Origin: Deinococcales bacterium
GTDB lineage: Bacteria > Deinococcota > Deinococci > Deinococcales > JAAFIG01
Direction: 5' to 3'
Assembly: GCA_043778225.1 (NCBI GenBank)
Contig: JAYWGM010000079.1
Coordinates: forward strand, 910-64,909
DNA length: 64,000 bases
Below the pieces are notes generated by a model that was given only the letters and a program-made list of their open reading frames with translations, did not search any database and had not been told where the DNA came from. Of this stretch, positions 48,558 to 58,623 are shown in pieces. The position numbers and the translations under genes are program-made. How positions within the stretch are numbered: position 1 is the first letter of the stretch; each line of letters starts with the position of its first letter.

Positions 48558-50916
48558 CGCCTCCTGCCATAACTGCTATTTTGACACTCGAGAGCGCTCC
48601 AGACAAATCTGAATTTAAGGCTGGGAGTGTAGGCGCAGAGACTGCATCGTCAATCCGAACAGTCACGGCTCGAGACTTCCCGCCGACCTCAACTTCGAGG
48701 TTAAATCCGTCACGCACACCCATTTTTTGTGCGTCGCTCGAGTTGACGGTCAGGTAATCCGCGCCGATACTTTGGCGAATACGTTCGCTCGAAAGCATAT
48801 TTTCAGTCCACATTCGCGGTACAATCAGCACCGTTTCACCCGTGGTTGAACGTACAATTGGTGCGGAACGACTCGAGACTGTTTTACTTGGGAATGCACC
48901 CTCTACAGCAATTTTGTCCATTTCGAGACCAAATTTATCTTGCAGTATTCGTTGGGCGCTGCGAGTTCCCCGAATCTCGAGTTTGGCACTCATGGCATCG
49001 GACAGCACTTGTAAAGCCCCAATCATGTCCACGCCTTGTCCGCCATCCACAGCAGCCCCAGCCAGTGGCAAAAGCCGACCCTCGAGGTTCATGGTTGTGC
49101 CGCGTTTCTCATAAGCAGTTAGGGCGGGCAGGACAACATCTGCCTCGAGTGCCGCGCCAGTCAAAGTATGGGTGTGAACCACCAAAAGCTCGAGCGATTT
49201 AGGGCGATTACTGAGCATAGAGCCTGACACAAACAAGCCTTTTAAGCCATCCCACTGCCCAAAACTCCGACCATTCTTAGCTGGTACAAGTTCGAGTGTC
49301 TCGAGTCCAGCGCCGTTAGCACCTGCGGGTATCGGCATGATTTTCCCACCGAGTTTCTTGGCGGCAGCCAGCACTTTCTCGGCATCGGAGGCAAGTGCGA
49401 AACTACCCAATACAATCACAGGGTTTTTTGCACCAGCCAAAAGTTTACCCGCCGCATTTGCTTGGGCATTGCTCGAGTCACTGCCTGACTTGGCTTGGTT
49501 AATAGCGCTGAGTAACTCGAGTTCAGAACCCACCGCGTACAAACTCGAGATTCCTGCGTGACTCATTTGTTGCACTGGAATTGGCGCAAACACCGCGAGT
49601 TTAGAGCGCTTTCTATCCATGCGTTCTTTGAGGCGCAAATCGGCTAACGGCGCACCATGATTAAATTGCACATCCGAAGAAAGAACACCCTTTAAGCTCT
49701 CCTCTATTCGCAGGTACGCCGTGCCAGATTCCTCGTATAAATCCGCACCAATCACAATAATCGCGTCGGACTTGGCAAGGTCGGTAAAGGTTGCTCGAGG
49801 CACACCACCCAAAGCACTGTTGTAACGCGGGAAGTGGTCTACGTTAATCGTGGCAATGGTCTTAGCAAACGACTCGAGTGCCACGCCCTCCTCTAGCGTA
49901 ATGTCCGCACTGGTGTACAACCCAAGGCTTTTCGGCTCGAGATTCGCGGCAATAATCCATTCCACAGCCTCATCAAAGGTCGCAGGCTCGAGTTTGCCAT
50001 TCTTACGCACCATCGGCACACGCACCCGAGCATCGGCATCCACCCATTCATGCCCGAAACGCTGCGCGTCAGAAATCCAAATTTCATTAACCTCTTTGTT
50101 ATGCGCGGCTCGAATCCGTTCAATCCGCCCAGTTCGGGCATCCACCCAGATACTCGAGCCATCAGCGTTGCTCATATCGGTGGTTTGGGTGCGGTCATAT
50201 TCCCAGTTGCGCCCACGGAATCTCGAGACGTTATCCAGCAGCGCTCCGACAGGACAAAGGTCGTTGATGTTGCCACTAAAATTCCCGAGTTTTGCACCCG
50301 CCAAGTCTTCGGATTGGTAGGAATCTATGAAAGTATGCCCACCGCGTTCAATAAAATCCAGCACTTCCTCGCCCGGAATCTCCTCGAAGTACCGCACGCA
50401 GCGCTTACAGTGAATGCAGCGTTCCTTGTCCAGCACAATAAAATCTGATAGTGCATGGTGTTTGTCGGCATGACGGCGGGTAAATTCAAAACGCGCCTCG
50501 CCGTAACCATATTCGTAAGCCCGGTCTTGGAGTTCACACGCGCCGCCCTTATCGCAGGTAGGGCAATCGAGTGGATGATTGATGAGGGTAAACTCCATCA
50601 TGCCAGCCTGAGCCTTCACTGCCGCATCGGTTGTGGTTTTAATTACCATGCCTTCGGAAGTTGCCAACGTACAACTTGCCACTGTACCTGGAAAGAAAAA
50701 CAGTTTCGGCACACCATTCTCGAGAATCCAAGAACCATCAGGATTCTTACGCGGCGAACCCGCTTCCACCAGACACATTCGACACGCACCAATTGGCGAA
50801 AGGTACTCGTTCGAGCAGAAATAAGGCACATCGAAACCCGCTTGAAAAACAGCATCCAAAGCAGATGCACCATTAGGGACTTCGATTTCACGATCATTCA
50901 CGATTACTTTTGGCAT
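48550..50916 (-). CDS. nuoG: NADH-quinone oxidoreductase subunit G
   Basis: [42 protein letters not shown] and DLCPVGAL motifs. Confidence 0.97.
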   Translation of the reverse strand: MPKVIVNDREIEVPNGASALDAVFQAGFDVPYFCSNEYLSPIGACRMCLVEAGSPRKNPDGSWILENGVPKLFFFPGTVASCTLATSEGMVIKTTTDAAVKAQAGMMEFTLINHPLDCPTCDKGGACELQDRAYEYGYGEARFEFTRRHADKHHALSDFIVLDKERCIHCKRCVRYFEEIPGEEVLDFIERGGHTFIDSYQSEDLAGAKLGNFSGNINDLCPVGALLDNVSRFRGRNWEYDRTQTTDMSNADGSSIWVDARTGRIERIRAAHNKEVNEIWISDAQRFGHEWVDADARVRVPMVRKNGKLEPATFDEAVEWIIAANLEPKSLGLYTSADITLEEGVALESFAKTIATINVDHFPRYNSALGGVPRATFTDLAKSDAIIVIGADLYEESGTAYLRIEESLKGVLSSDVQFNHGAPLADLRLKERMDRKRSKLAVFAPIPVQQMSHAGISSLYAVGSELELLSAINQAKSGSDSSNAQANAAGKLLAGAKNPVIVLGSFALASDAEKVLAAAKKLGGKIMPIPAGANGAGLETLELVPAKNGRSFGQWDGLKGLFVSGSMLSNRPKSLELLVVHTHTLTGAALEADVVLPALTAYEKRGTTMNLEGRLLPLAGAAVDGGQGVDMIGALQVLSDAMSAKLEIRGTRSAQRILQDKFGLEMDKIAVEGAFPSKTVSSRSAPIVRSTTGETVLIVPRMWTENMLSSERIRQSIGADYLTVNSSDAQKMGVRDGFNLEVEVGGKSRAVTVRIDDAVSAPTLPALNSDLSGALSSVKIAVMAGGDD

Positions 50917-50930
50917 TGAACTTCCTCCAC

Positions 50931-51263
50931 TTATTTACTCATTCGGACGATTGAAAAAGTAGCTTCTCGAGCCACACGATAAAAAGCTTGAAAACTCGAG
51001 TTGACCTCATGCAATTTTACTTTCTCAAGAATAAATTCACCTACAAAGTTTGTCTCATTTATAACTTCCTGAATTCCTTTTTGGACTGCCGAGTCATAAT
51101 TATCTATGTCTAACCAAATTACTTCTGAATGATATGAAAAAATAGCGTTTGGTATGTAATGAAGCGTAATTCCAGCTTGAATATAGCGACCACCTTGGTA
51201 CTCACAAAACTCAAGATCAAGTCGATTTGCACCAATCCCAGAAGTAGTCATAGCGATACTCAT
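50931..51263 (-). CDS. Small protein resembling an isolated EF-G domain IV
   Basis: YQGGRY...I.L...P; Y..AV.KGI.E; HEVNSS..AF...A..A compared with the EF-G domain IV motifs KQSGGRGQ and H.VDSS..AF..A. Confidence 0.55.
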   Translation of the reverse strand: MSIAMTTSGIGANRLDLEFCEYQGGRYIQAGITLHYIPNAIFSYHSEVIWLDIDNYDSAVQKGIQEVINETNFVGEFILEKVKLHEVNSSFQAFYRVAREATFSIVRMSK

Positions 51264-51327
51264 ATACCCACCTCGAGCGAAGCGTTTTTATCTTCTCGAG
51301 TATTGCCTTGTGGCTTTTGCATCGGCT

Positions 51328-51738
51328 TCATGCTTCACGCTCACTTTGCATCAGCTTAAAATGATTTTTGCCTGCTGAGAACAACACATCAAACTCAAGG
51401 AAAAAATTCATTGTCCCCAGTATCAAACGTGCATCTAGACTTTGCGACCATGCAAAAACCAGCTTGACTGGCTTAAAATCTGCCACTCGAGCTTGAAGTA
51501 CCACACCTCGAGCTTTAGCTTGGGCAAGGTTGCCAGTCAGTGTTACAGGAATGTTTTGCTGATTCCAATCCAAGCCCAACTCGAGTCCGAGTTGAAATGG
51601 TAAGACATTCACGGTTGCACCCGTTGCAAGCAGAGCAATCGCCTCGGAGCGGCTTGAGCCAGATTGCAGGCAAATTGGCAGAAACGGGGCAAATGTGTTT
51701 TCGGGAGTTTTTTGGAATTCAAAAGTCATGGTTTTCAT
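51328..51738 (-). CDS. Retropepsin-like small protein with the catalytic Asp replaced
   Basis: P.LPI.L....ALLATGATVNVLP...G.ELG..W...LILG.MNFF..FDV.F; the usual DTG motif reads ATG (codon GCA). The ORF can be extended in frame to 51822. Confidence 0.7.
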   Translation of the reverse strand: MKTMTFEFQKTPENTFAPFLPICLQSGSSRSEAIALLATGATVNVLPFQLGLELGLDWNQQNIPVTLTGNLAQAKARGVVLQARVADFKPVKLVFAWSQSLDARLILGTMNFFLEFDVLFSAGKNHFKLMQSEREA

Positions 51739-51843
51739 GGCTCGAGCATAAGGCATGGAGCAAGGATGAACTGCACTTGCAAGAAGTAGGGTTAAAAAAT
51801 AGGTTTGCAAGGCTTGATTCATACTTTCCTCCTTCTTCTTGAG

Positions 51844-52773
51844 CTAGGCAGCTTGATGTGCTACTTGAATGGATTGTGGTTCTTCTTGTGCGATCATGAC
51901 ACTGAATAAATCCGTTTGTGGGTTGGCTTGGTTGATTCGAGTTTGTGCCATTTCTTGGTATTTTTTGATTAGTTCGATGCCTATAAATTGGCGTTGTAAT
52001 TTTGTTGCGACAACTCCGGTTGTGCCTGAGCCTGCAAATGGGTCAAGAATAACATCGTGTTCTCGAGTTGAGGCGAGAATGCAGATTTCGACGAGTTTTT
52101 CTGGGAAGACCGCAAAGTGTGAATCTCTAAATTTACTCAAGGGTATTTGCCATACAGTGCGTTTATTTCTGCCTTTAGGGTGGAATGCTTGATCCCAGCG
52201 TCCGTCGTGAAGATTGCTGCTCCCTGCATTTTTGCCATTTTCGGGTGTGCCTCCTTCTTTGCCAAAATGGTTTCGTCCGCCTTTCATTCTGGATTGTTCG
52301 GTGAATGTAACGTGCGGTTCGCGGATAGCATCGGCATCGTAGTAATAATCTTGGTTGAGGGCGAATAAGAAAATATATTCATGGTCGGTGGTTGGACGGT
52401 TTTTGATACTCGAGGGCATGGCGTTGGGCTTGTGCCAAATAATGTCGGAACGCAGTAACCAACCATCATCTTGGAGTGCTAGTGCCACGCGCCATGGAAC
52501 ACCCAGTAAGCATTTGTCGCGGTAAGTATCGCCAAGGTTGAGCCAGAGTAAACCATTAGGTTTGAGTTTTTGTTTTAAGGGCTGAAAAATACTAACCAAG
52601 TTCGCCACATATTCTTGGAGTGTTGCTTCTTGTCCAATTTCCGCTTGATTTGGTTCTTCGGCGTAATTTCGTAAGCCAAAATATGGTGGACTGGTGATAA
52701 TGGCTTGAATAGACTGATTCTCGAGGTTAGGCGCAATCATTCGGGTATCCCCAAGGAGAACTTGATTGTTCAT
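51844..52773 (-). CDS. Type II DNA methyltransferase, beta class (m4C-type)
   Basis: TSPPY (motif IV) precedes DPFAGSGTT (motif I); LNLGD, DIIW.KPN.MP, HEYIFLF and HFAVFP motifs. Confidence 0.93.
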   Translation of the reverse strand: MNNQVLLGDTRMIAPNLENQSIQAIITSPPYFGLRNYAEEPNQAEIGQEATLQEYVANLVSIFQPLKQKLKPNGLLWLNLGDTYRDKCLLGVPWRVALALQDDGWLLRSDIIWHKPNAMPSSIKNRPTTDHEYIFLFALNQDYYYDADAIREPHVTFTEQSRMKGGRNHFGKEGGTPENGKNAGSSNLHDGRWDQAFHPKGRNKRTVWQIPLSKFRDSHFAVFPEKLVEICILASTREHDVILDPFAGSGTTGVVATKLQRQFIGIELIKKYQEMAQTRINQANPQTDLFSVMIAQEEPQSIQVAHQAA

Positions 52774-53735
52774 AATGCTTGTCCTTGCAATACTTTTTCG
52801 ATGAATTGATTGAGTTGCACTTGTTTGGCTTGGTCAAAACCCATAAAGACATTGGGGTTCATGTTGAAATGAAAAACCAAGTCAATTTGATTTTGAATCG
52901 TTTCGAGTTCATGCACAGACCAATTCTCGGCAATAATCACCACCACAATAAAACAATTGGCAGATTGAATATCGCTAATGGCATTCATGATGTCTCGAGT
53001 GAACAGATGCGAATGCCCACCACCTTCGGTTTCTCGGGTTTTAACGGGAATAAAAATTTGTTGACTTTGGTTATTCTCGAGGACTAAATTGGCAGATACA
53101 TCTATGGTGTGATTTCCAACTTTGATTTGCTTATCAGCTATTTGAATTTCTTTGAATTGACCATAATTACCGTGAATCGAGTGATACCATTGCAGGGCTA
53201 TTCCCAGACCAATTCGCACATCAGCTTCTATTTTATTACCACTGATACTTCGTCTTGAACCTTCTAAACGATCAATCACCACTTCCCGAACAGCCTGCCA
53301 TTCAAAACTCTTAACGGCTGACCTATACTCAAAAATCAGTTCGATTAAACCATCAGTTTCGGCTGTTATTTTCTCGATTTTGACGAGCTTCTGCATTCTC
53401 GAGATCAGTGGTGCAAGTCGTTGTTGTGGAGCATCCCGTATCATCCATGCAAAAAAATAGAAGCAGGCTTTTTTATGCGGGTATGGTCTGCCGACCCCAT
53501 CAAACAGAAATGGTTTTTGTTGATTGCTTTGGTCATAGCAAGCCATGATTATGCTTTTAAGTTGTTCTTTTGAAGCAGTGAGTAGCAATTCATTCAACGT
53601 TAAGTGCGAACCTGTGACTTGTCGAGCAGTTCTTTCAATCCAATCATAAAAAGGTTTGGCTTGGTCGGCTAAAAGTGTTAGCTCAAGCAAGCGGTAATGT
53701 GCGATATTGACTTGGTGAACAATGATTTCTTTCAT
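52770..53735 (-). CDS. Putative type II restriction endonuclease
   Basis: About 320 aa, ATGA-coupled to the MTase; G..E...R and ID-X(n)-P.K catalytic-like pattern; low GC. Confidence 0.7.
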   Translation of the reverse strand: MKEIIVHQVNIAHYRLLELTLLADQAKPFYDWIERTARQVTGSHLTLNELLLTASKEQLKSIIMACYDQSNQQKPFLFDGVGRPYPHKKACFYFFAWMIRDAPQQRLAPLISRMQKLVKIEKITAETDGLIELIFEYRSAVKSFEWQAVREVVIDRLEGSRRSISGNKIEADVRIGLGIALQWYHSIHGNYGQFKEIQIADKQIKVGNHTIDVSANLVLENNQSQQIFIPVKTRETEGGGHSHLFTRDIMNAISDIQSANCFIVVVIIAENWSVHELETIQNQIDLVFHFNMNPNVFMGFDQAKQVQLNQFIEKVLQGQAL

Positions 53736-53857
53736 TTCCACCACTTCAAATGAGTTTGAGAATACCGAAAGCTAAACCCATCATGCAGCTCGAAACTCGA
53801 GCTTTGTGGCTTTTGGAATACATCATTTTGCATCATGGGTTCACCTCCTCCTCGAGT

Positions 53858-55216
53858 TTATTCGTCTTTCCAACGATTGCCGTACCCTGTGTACATGGGT
53901 TTGCCGTGTTGAGCAATGTATTCAAATTCATCTCGGAAATGCTTGAACGCACTTTGCACGGGCATGATGCACGAGTCAGCGAGTAAGCAAAATGATTTTC
54001 CGCGAATGTTGCCCATTAAATCCTCGAGGATTTTCACATCGTTAGGGTCGCCTTGTCCTGCAATCAGTTTTTGGAAGATACGATTCATCCAAGTGCCGAT
54101 TCCTTCGCGGCATGGGGTGCATTTGCCGCAAGATTCATGTCCATAGAAACGCACGAGGTTGTACATCATGTTGACAATATCAGCATTTTTGGGAATAAGG
54201 ATAATACCACCAGTACCAAGGCTCGAGCCTTTGCTAGAAACATTTTCGTAATCTGCTCCCATATCTAGTATTTCGTCAGTAAAAGGTAAGATTGGCATAC
54301 TCGAGCCGCCGGGATGAAAGCCTTTTATCTCCTCGGTTGGTCCGCCGCCCCATGTGTAAATGATTTCGCGGTAAGTCGTGCCAAGCGGTAATTCGTATAC
54401 TCCGGGGCGCTTAACAGGTCCAGAAATATGAAACAAGAAATTACCCTTACTTTTTTCTGTTCCCATGCTCGAGAACCAATCTGCACCATGGCGCATAATC
54501 AGGGCAGCCGAGGCAATACTGACGACATTGTTGACGGTACTCGGCATTCCAAAAATTCCGGCTTGGGCTGGGAACGGTGGTTTTAGGCGCGGATTGGCTC
54601 TCAGCCCCTCGAGTGAATTCATCAGTGCGGTTTCTTCGCCGCAAATGTATGCCCCTGCGCCACGATGCACAAAAACTTCCATGCTCTTACCAAAGCCAAG
54701 CGCATTATCGCCAAGAAGCCCTGCGGCTCGAGCTTCGGCAATGGCAGCGTTTAAGCGGTTTGCGCCAAGGATATACTCGCCGCGAATATAAATATATCCA
54801 ACATTGGCGCGAATGGCGTGCATTCCAATCAGCATTCCCTCGAGTAACTGGTGTGGGTCGGCTTCCATCAAATAACGGTCTTTGTACGTTCCGGGTTCGG
54901 ATTCATCGGCGTTACAAACCAAGTAATGCGGTTTGCCATCTTCTTTGGGCATAAACGACCATTTTAAGCCCGTCGGGAAACCCGCGCCGCCACGTCCTCG
55001 CAGACCAGATTTCTTTACTTCGTCTTGCACACTTTCTGGTGTTCCAGCCAAGGCGCGTTTTGCACCTTCGTAAGCCCCATGACGCAGTGCATACTCGAGC
55101 GTCCACGAATTATTCTGTCCAACGTGTTCGTACAATCTTGGTTTGAAACGCGGGTCAAGACCACTGGTAATGCTGGTCGGTTTCTCGAGAACGGGTGCAT
55201 CGGCAACTAAAGTCAT
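53858..55216 (-). CDS. nuoF: NADH-quinone oxidoreductase subunit F
   Basis: [37 protein letters not shown] and [12 protein letters not shown] motifs. Confidence 0.98.
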   Translation of the reverse strand: MTLVADAPVLEKPTSITSGLDPRFKPRLYEHVGQNNSWTLEYALRHGAYEGAKRALAGTPESVQDEVKKSGLRGRGGAGFPTGLKWSFMPKEDGKPHYLVCNADESEPGTYKDRYLMEADPHQLLEGMLIGMHAIRANVGYIYIRGEYILGANRLNAAIAEARAAGLLGDNALGFGKSMEVFVHRGAGAYICGEETALMNSLEGLRANPRLKPPFPAQAGIFGMPSTVNNVVSIASAALIMRHGADWFSSMGTEKSKGNFLFHISGPVKRPGVYELPLGTTYREIIYTWGGGPTEEIKGFHPGGSSMPILPFTDEILDMGADYENVSSKGSSLGTGGIILIPKNADIVNMMYNLVRFYGHESCGKCTPCREGIGTWMNRIFQKLIAGQGDPNDVKILEDLMGNIRGKSFCLLADSCIMPVQSAFKHFRDEFEYIAQHGKPMYTGYGNRWKDE

Positions 55217-55794
55217 AAACTTGCTCCTTCGGCAGTGATTTGGCTCACCACATCGCCATTTCTTTGAATAAACACTGGGGCTTGGGTATCCGATTCGGGC
55301 ATACTGCCATCACCTCGAGACTTGAAATCAGCAAGCAGGGCATTCAAGCGTTTTTTGGTCAGGCATTCGTAATAACCACTGTCCGAAACTTGCATCAGAG
55401 GCGCAGTGCCACACGAGCCTAGGCATTCGACTTTTTGCACACTGAACAAACCATCAGCCGTCACATCGCCCACGCCAATATCCAGCGTTTCACACAAGTA
55501 ATCCCACATTTGGTCAGAGCCTTGCAGCGCACACGAAAGGGTCATGCAGACTTGGAGGTGATACTTACCCGTTGGGCTGCTCGAGTAGGTGCTGTAGAAG
55601 CTCATCACCGATTTAACTTCGGTTGGTGTGCTTTCGATTAACTGCGCGATTTCGGCAACTCGAGCATCAGAGATGTAGCCTTCGGCGTTCTGTACTTCGC
55701 GCAGAAGCGGCATGACCGCACTGCGTTTACGATTGGCTGGATAACGAGAAAGAATATCAGCGACGAGTGGTTGTTTATTGGTAAAGAAATTCAC
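55213..55794 (-). CDS. nuoE: NADH-quinone oxidoreductase subunit E
   Basis: SAVMPLL..Q, QVC.TLSC and VECLGSC..AP motifs. Confidence 0.96.
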   Translation of the reverse strand: MNFFTNKQPLVADILSRYPANRKRSAVMPLLREVQNAEGYISDARVAEIAQLIESTPTEVKSVMSFYSTYSSSPTGKYHLQVCMTLSCALQGSDQMWDYLCETLDIGVGDVTADGLFSVQKVECLGSCGTAPLMQVSDSGYYECLTKKRLNALLADFKSRGDGSMPESDTQAPVFIQRNGDVVSQITAEGASL

Positions 55795-56213
55795 AGTTGA
55801 ACCTCCAAGGCTCGAGCCAGTACGACAATGTGTTTGATGGTAATTCCCATAAAAGCAAAGTAGAAAACCATGACGAGGGTATAAGGCATTTGCCAGTAAT
55901 CATTGGGAGACTGAAAGAACGCAATTATTGGTACAGAAAGTGGGATAAAGCCACCACAAAGCATAAGTGCGTACCATTTTTTATGGTTTATCTGATTCTG
56001 ATACCAAATGGCTCGCAACAGTCCAAAAGCAGCAATACTACCTAACAGTGCCAGTATTGCCAATCCAAGATTCACGAATTGTTCGCCTTTAAGAAAGAAG
56101 AAAAGCACCATTAAAAAACCAATACTGCCCCAAATAAAGCAGATGAGTGCTGGCACAAAACCAAAAATTAGCTCAAACCAACGCCCAATAGTAGGTAATG
56201 CGACTCGAGTCAT
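55791..56213 (-). CDS. Hypothetical 4-TM membrane protein
   Basis: Hydrophobic 140 aa; paralogous to the neighbouring gene (FG..PAL...W...G). Confidence 0.75.
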   Translation of the reverse strand: MTRVALPTIGRWFELIFGFVPALICFIWGSIGFLMVLFFFLKGEQFVNLGLAILALLGSIAAFGLLRAIWYQNQINHKKWYALMLCGGFIPLSVPIIAFFQSPNDYWQMPYTLVMVFYFAFMGITIKHIVVLARALEVQL

Positions 56214-56641
56214 AAGCTCACCTTTTGTGTACCTCGAGAAAGTAAGTAAATTTGTTTAGCTGCCACCAGCACAAGGCTTATGGCAAAGAATGGAAAAACG
56301 ATTTTCAAATTGTCTATGTAACCAACTGGGCTTGGAAAAATAAATAAGATGATACTCGCAGCGATACCAAGGGCTAACAACCCAGTAATGAGCATTTTTG
56401 AACGGGTGTTTTCTCGAGCTACACTGACATAAATTAGGCTTATGCAGGCTAATAATCCGCAGAGTGAGATTACAAAAAGTAAAATAATTCCAAGTCCATC
56501 GTTATTAAATTTGCTACCAAAAAAGGTTATCGTGGAATAACAACCTAAAACTGCCCAAAAAGCAAAGTATAGCGCAGGCAAAACGCCAAACAGCACGTCA
56601 ATAACTCGAGATGATGGGCTGTTCCAATTCATTACCACCAC
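56210..56641 (-). CDS. Hypothetical 4-TM membrane protein
   Basis: Hydrophobic ~140 aa with FGVLPALYFAFWAVLG. Confidence 0.75.
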   Translation of the reverse strand: MVVMNWNSPSSRVIDVLFGVLPALYFAFWAVLGCYSTITFFGSKFNNDGLGIILLFVISLCGLLACISLIYVSVARENTRSKMLITGLLALGIAASIILFIFPSPVGYIDNLKIVFPFFAISLVLVAAKQIYLLSRGTQKVSL

Positions 56642-57354
56642 CTGATTTGCACATCTAGAAACTCGAGTGGCGTGGCTAGTTGTCCTTTTTCGAGCTTAAC
56701 TTGATGCAAGAATTCCACACCGTCTGAGTCTGCATAAATCTCAAGTTGTTGGGTATTTGTATTCAGCACCCAGAGTTCTGGGACGCAAGCTCGAGCATAG
56801 GCTGAAAGTTTGTAATCCCAATACTTGGGTTTTTCGGCTAAAACTTCGACCAATAAGTACACATCGCCGAGAGTAGCGTTGTGGTGATTGTATCGTTCCC
56901 GAGGGGCTTGTAGAATAGCAATTTCTGGGGACACCACAAATTTTGCACCAAGTTCGATGTCGTAACCGCCCCGAGCAACAATATCGTCACCTAACCCTCT
57001 AAGCATTTCGGTGCTTAAATCAATGGCTGCATTGGTTTGGGCTTGTGTGGATATTGGTGTTTTGAAAAAATGTCCGTTAATCAGTTCGACACGCTGGTCT
57101 GGTGTGAGTATTCTCGAGTGATACAGTTTTTTCATGTCGTCAGCGTCGTAAGTAACGAGAATTCCTTCGCCCCAGACTTGACCGTTTAAGAGTTCAATAG
57201 GTTTATAAAAAAGGATTTCTTGGGCAAACATTTCGTAAAACTGCTCGAGTTTGAATTGGTGTAAGTCAGACTTAAATTCTCGAGTAAAGTCCACACTGTT
57301 ATTGACTGCTTGGGTCAGTCGTTCCATGTATTCTTGCTCGGCAGTTTGACTCAT
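56632..57354 (-). CDS. Uma2 (DUF820) family endonuclease-like protein, degenerate, with N-terminal extension
   Basis: RVELING, PE.AIL, LLVEV, K...YARA.VPE.WV.N and C-terminal WW. Confidence 0.85.
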   Translation of the reverse strand: MSQTAEQEYMERLTQAVNNSVDFTREFKSDLHQFKLEQFYEMFAQEILFYKPIELLNGQVWGEGILVTYDADDMKKLYHSRILTPDQRVELINGHFFKTPISTQAQTNAAIDLSTEMLRGLGDDIVARGGYDIELGAKFVVSPEIAILQAPRERYNHHNATLGDVYLLVEVLAEKPKYWDYKLSAYARACVPELWVLNTNTQQLEIYADSDGVEFLHQVKLEKGQLATPLEFLDVQIRWW

Positions 57355-57358
57355 ATTC

Positions 57359-58621
57359 TCACCTGTCTACGTCGCCCATCACGGGGTCAAGGCTGGCAAT
57401 TACGGTAATCAGGTCGGCGAATAATCCACCAATGCCAATCACGGGCAGGGCTTGCAAATTCACAAAGCTCGGGGCGCGGAAATGAATGCGGTATGGCATA
57501 CTGCCGCCGTCTGAAACAATGTAACAACCCAGTTCGCCTCGAGCGCTTTCGGTTGGCACGTAAGCCTCGCCTTTGGGTGGATGGTAGCCTTCGGTCACGA
57601 GCTTAAAATGGTGAATTACAGCTTCCATGCTGGTCTCGAGTTCTTCGCGTGGTGGCAGACTGATTTTGCGGTTTGGGTCTTGGATTGCGCCGGGCTTTAA
57701 TCTCGAGAGGGCTTGGCGGCAAATTTTAGCCGATTCGCGCATCTCTTGGACGCGCACCACAAACCTATCAAAGCTATCGCCGTGCGTACCGAGCGGAATA
57801 TCAAAATCGTATTGTTCGTATCCCGAGTAAGGCGTGGTCTTGCGGTGGTCGAGTGCTACACCAGAGGCGCGTAAGTTTGGTCCAGTGATGCCCAAATCCA
57901 GCGCTACAGCTTCGGACATAATGCCAACGTTCTGGGTTCGCTCGAGAAAAAGCGGATTGGTTTTGAAGAGTTTTTCGTAAGTATCCACTTTACTATCAAA
58001 CGTGTCCAAAAAATTCTTGACCATGGTTTCAAAACCATCTGGCGTATCTTTGGCAACGCCTCCGACACGAAAATAGCCTTGGTGCAAGCGTTGTCCGCCA
58101 ATTGCTTCAAAAATATCTAAAATCGCTTCACGTTCGACAAACGTATAGAAAAACGGCGTTAAAGCGCCCAAATCCAGTAAACCTGTGCCTAAGAAAACCA
58201 AGTGGCTCGAGATACGGTTTAACTCGACCAACAGCACCCGAATTTCTCGAGCGCGGTCTGGGACTTCTGCGCCTACAAGTTGCTCGACAGGCAGGGCATA
58301 GGCAAGTTCGTAGCCAAAACCATGCAAGTAATCCATGCGTGGTGCGAACGTAAAATTTTGGGCATAAGTGCGGTTCTCCATGGTTTTTTCAAAGCCCGTA
58401 TGCAAATACCCAATGTGCGGCTCGACCCGTTTAACGTACTCGCCTTCCATGTCCACCACGACCCGCAGTACACCGTGGGTACTTGGGTGTTGTGGTCCGA
58501 CATTCAAGCGCATAATTTCGGTGTGCAACAAGCCAGAACCCGTTAAACTCGAGTGGGTTTGGGGAATAAGCACTTCGGCTCGAGACTCGAGTTTAAGCGA
58601 TTTTTCTTGTAACTGGGTCAT
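57359..58621 (-). CDS. nuoD: NADH-quinone oxidoreductase subunit D
   Basis: [24 protein letters not shown] and D.VMGDVDR motifs. Confidence 0.98.
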   Translation of the reverse strand: MTQLQEKSLKLESRAEVLIPQTHSSLTGSGLLHTEIMRLNVGPQHPSTHGVLRVVVDMEGEYVKRVEPHIGYLHTGFEKTMENRTYAQNFTFAPRMDYLHGFGYELAYALPVEQLVGAEVPDRAREIRVLLVELNRISSHLVFLGTGLLDLGALTPFFYTFVEREAILDIFEAIGGQRLHQGYFRVGGVAKDTPDGFETMVKNFLDTFDSKVDTYEKLFKTNPLFLERTQNVGIMSEAVALDLGITGPNLRASGVALDHRKTTPYSGYEQYDFDIPLGTHGDSFDRFVVRVQEMRESAKICRQALSRLKPGAIQDPNRKISLPPREELETSMEAVIHHFKLVTEGYHPPKGEAYVPTESARGELGCYIVSDGGSMPYRIHFRAPSFVNLQALPVIGIGGLFADLITVIASLDPVMGDVDR

Positions 58622-58623
58622 GG

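Noticed and set aside
52770-53735. AvaI/BsoBI- or XhoI-like enzyme recognising CTCGAG
   Set aside because: Size is similar, but I see no ELKGGIDPAGADEHWK-type motif of the AvaI/BsoBI family, and the MTase class differs from XhoI-type m6A enzymes. Specificity left unassigned.
44691-57354. Integron cassette array
   Set aside because: No integron integrase and no repeated attC-like GTTRRRY/RYYYAAC palindromes at the gene boundaries; inserts are spread over four junctions.
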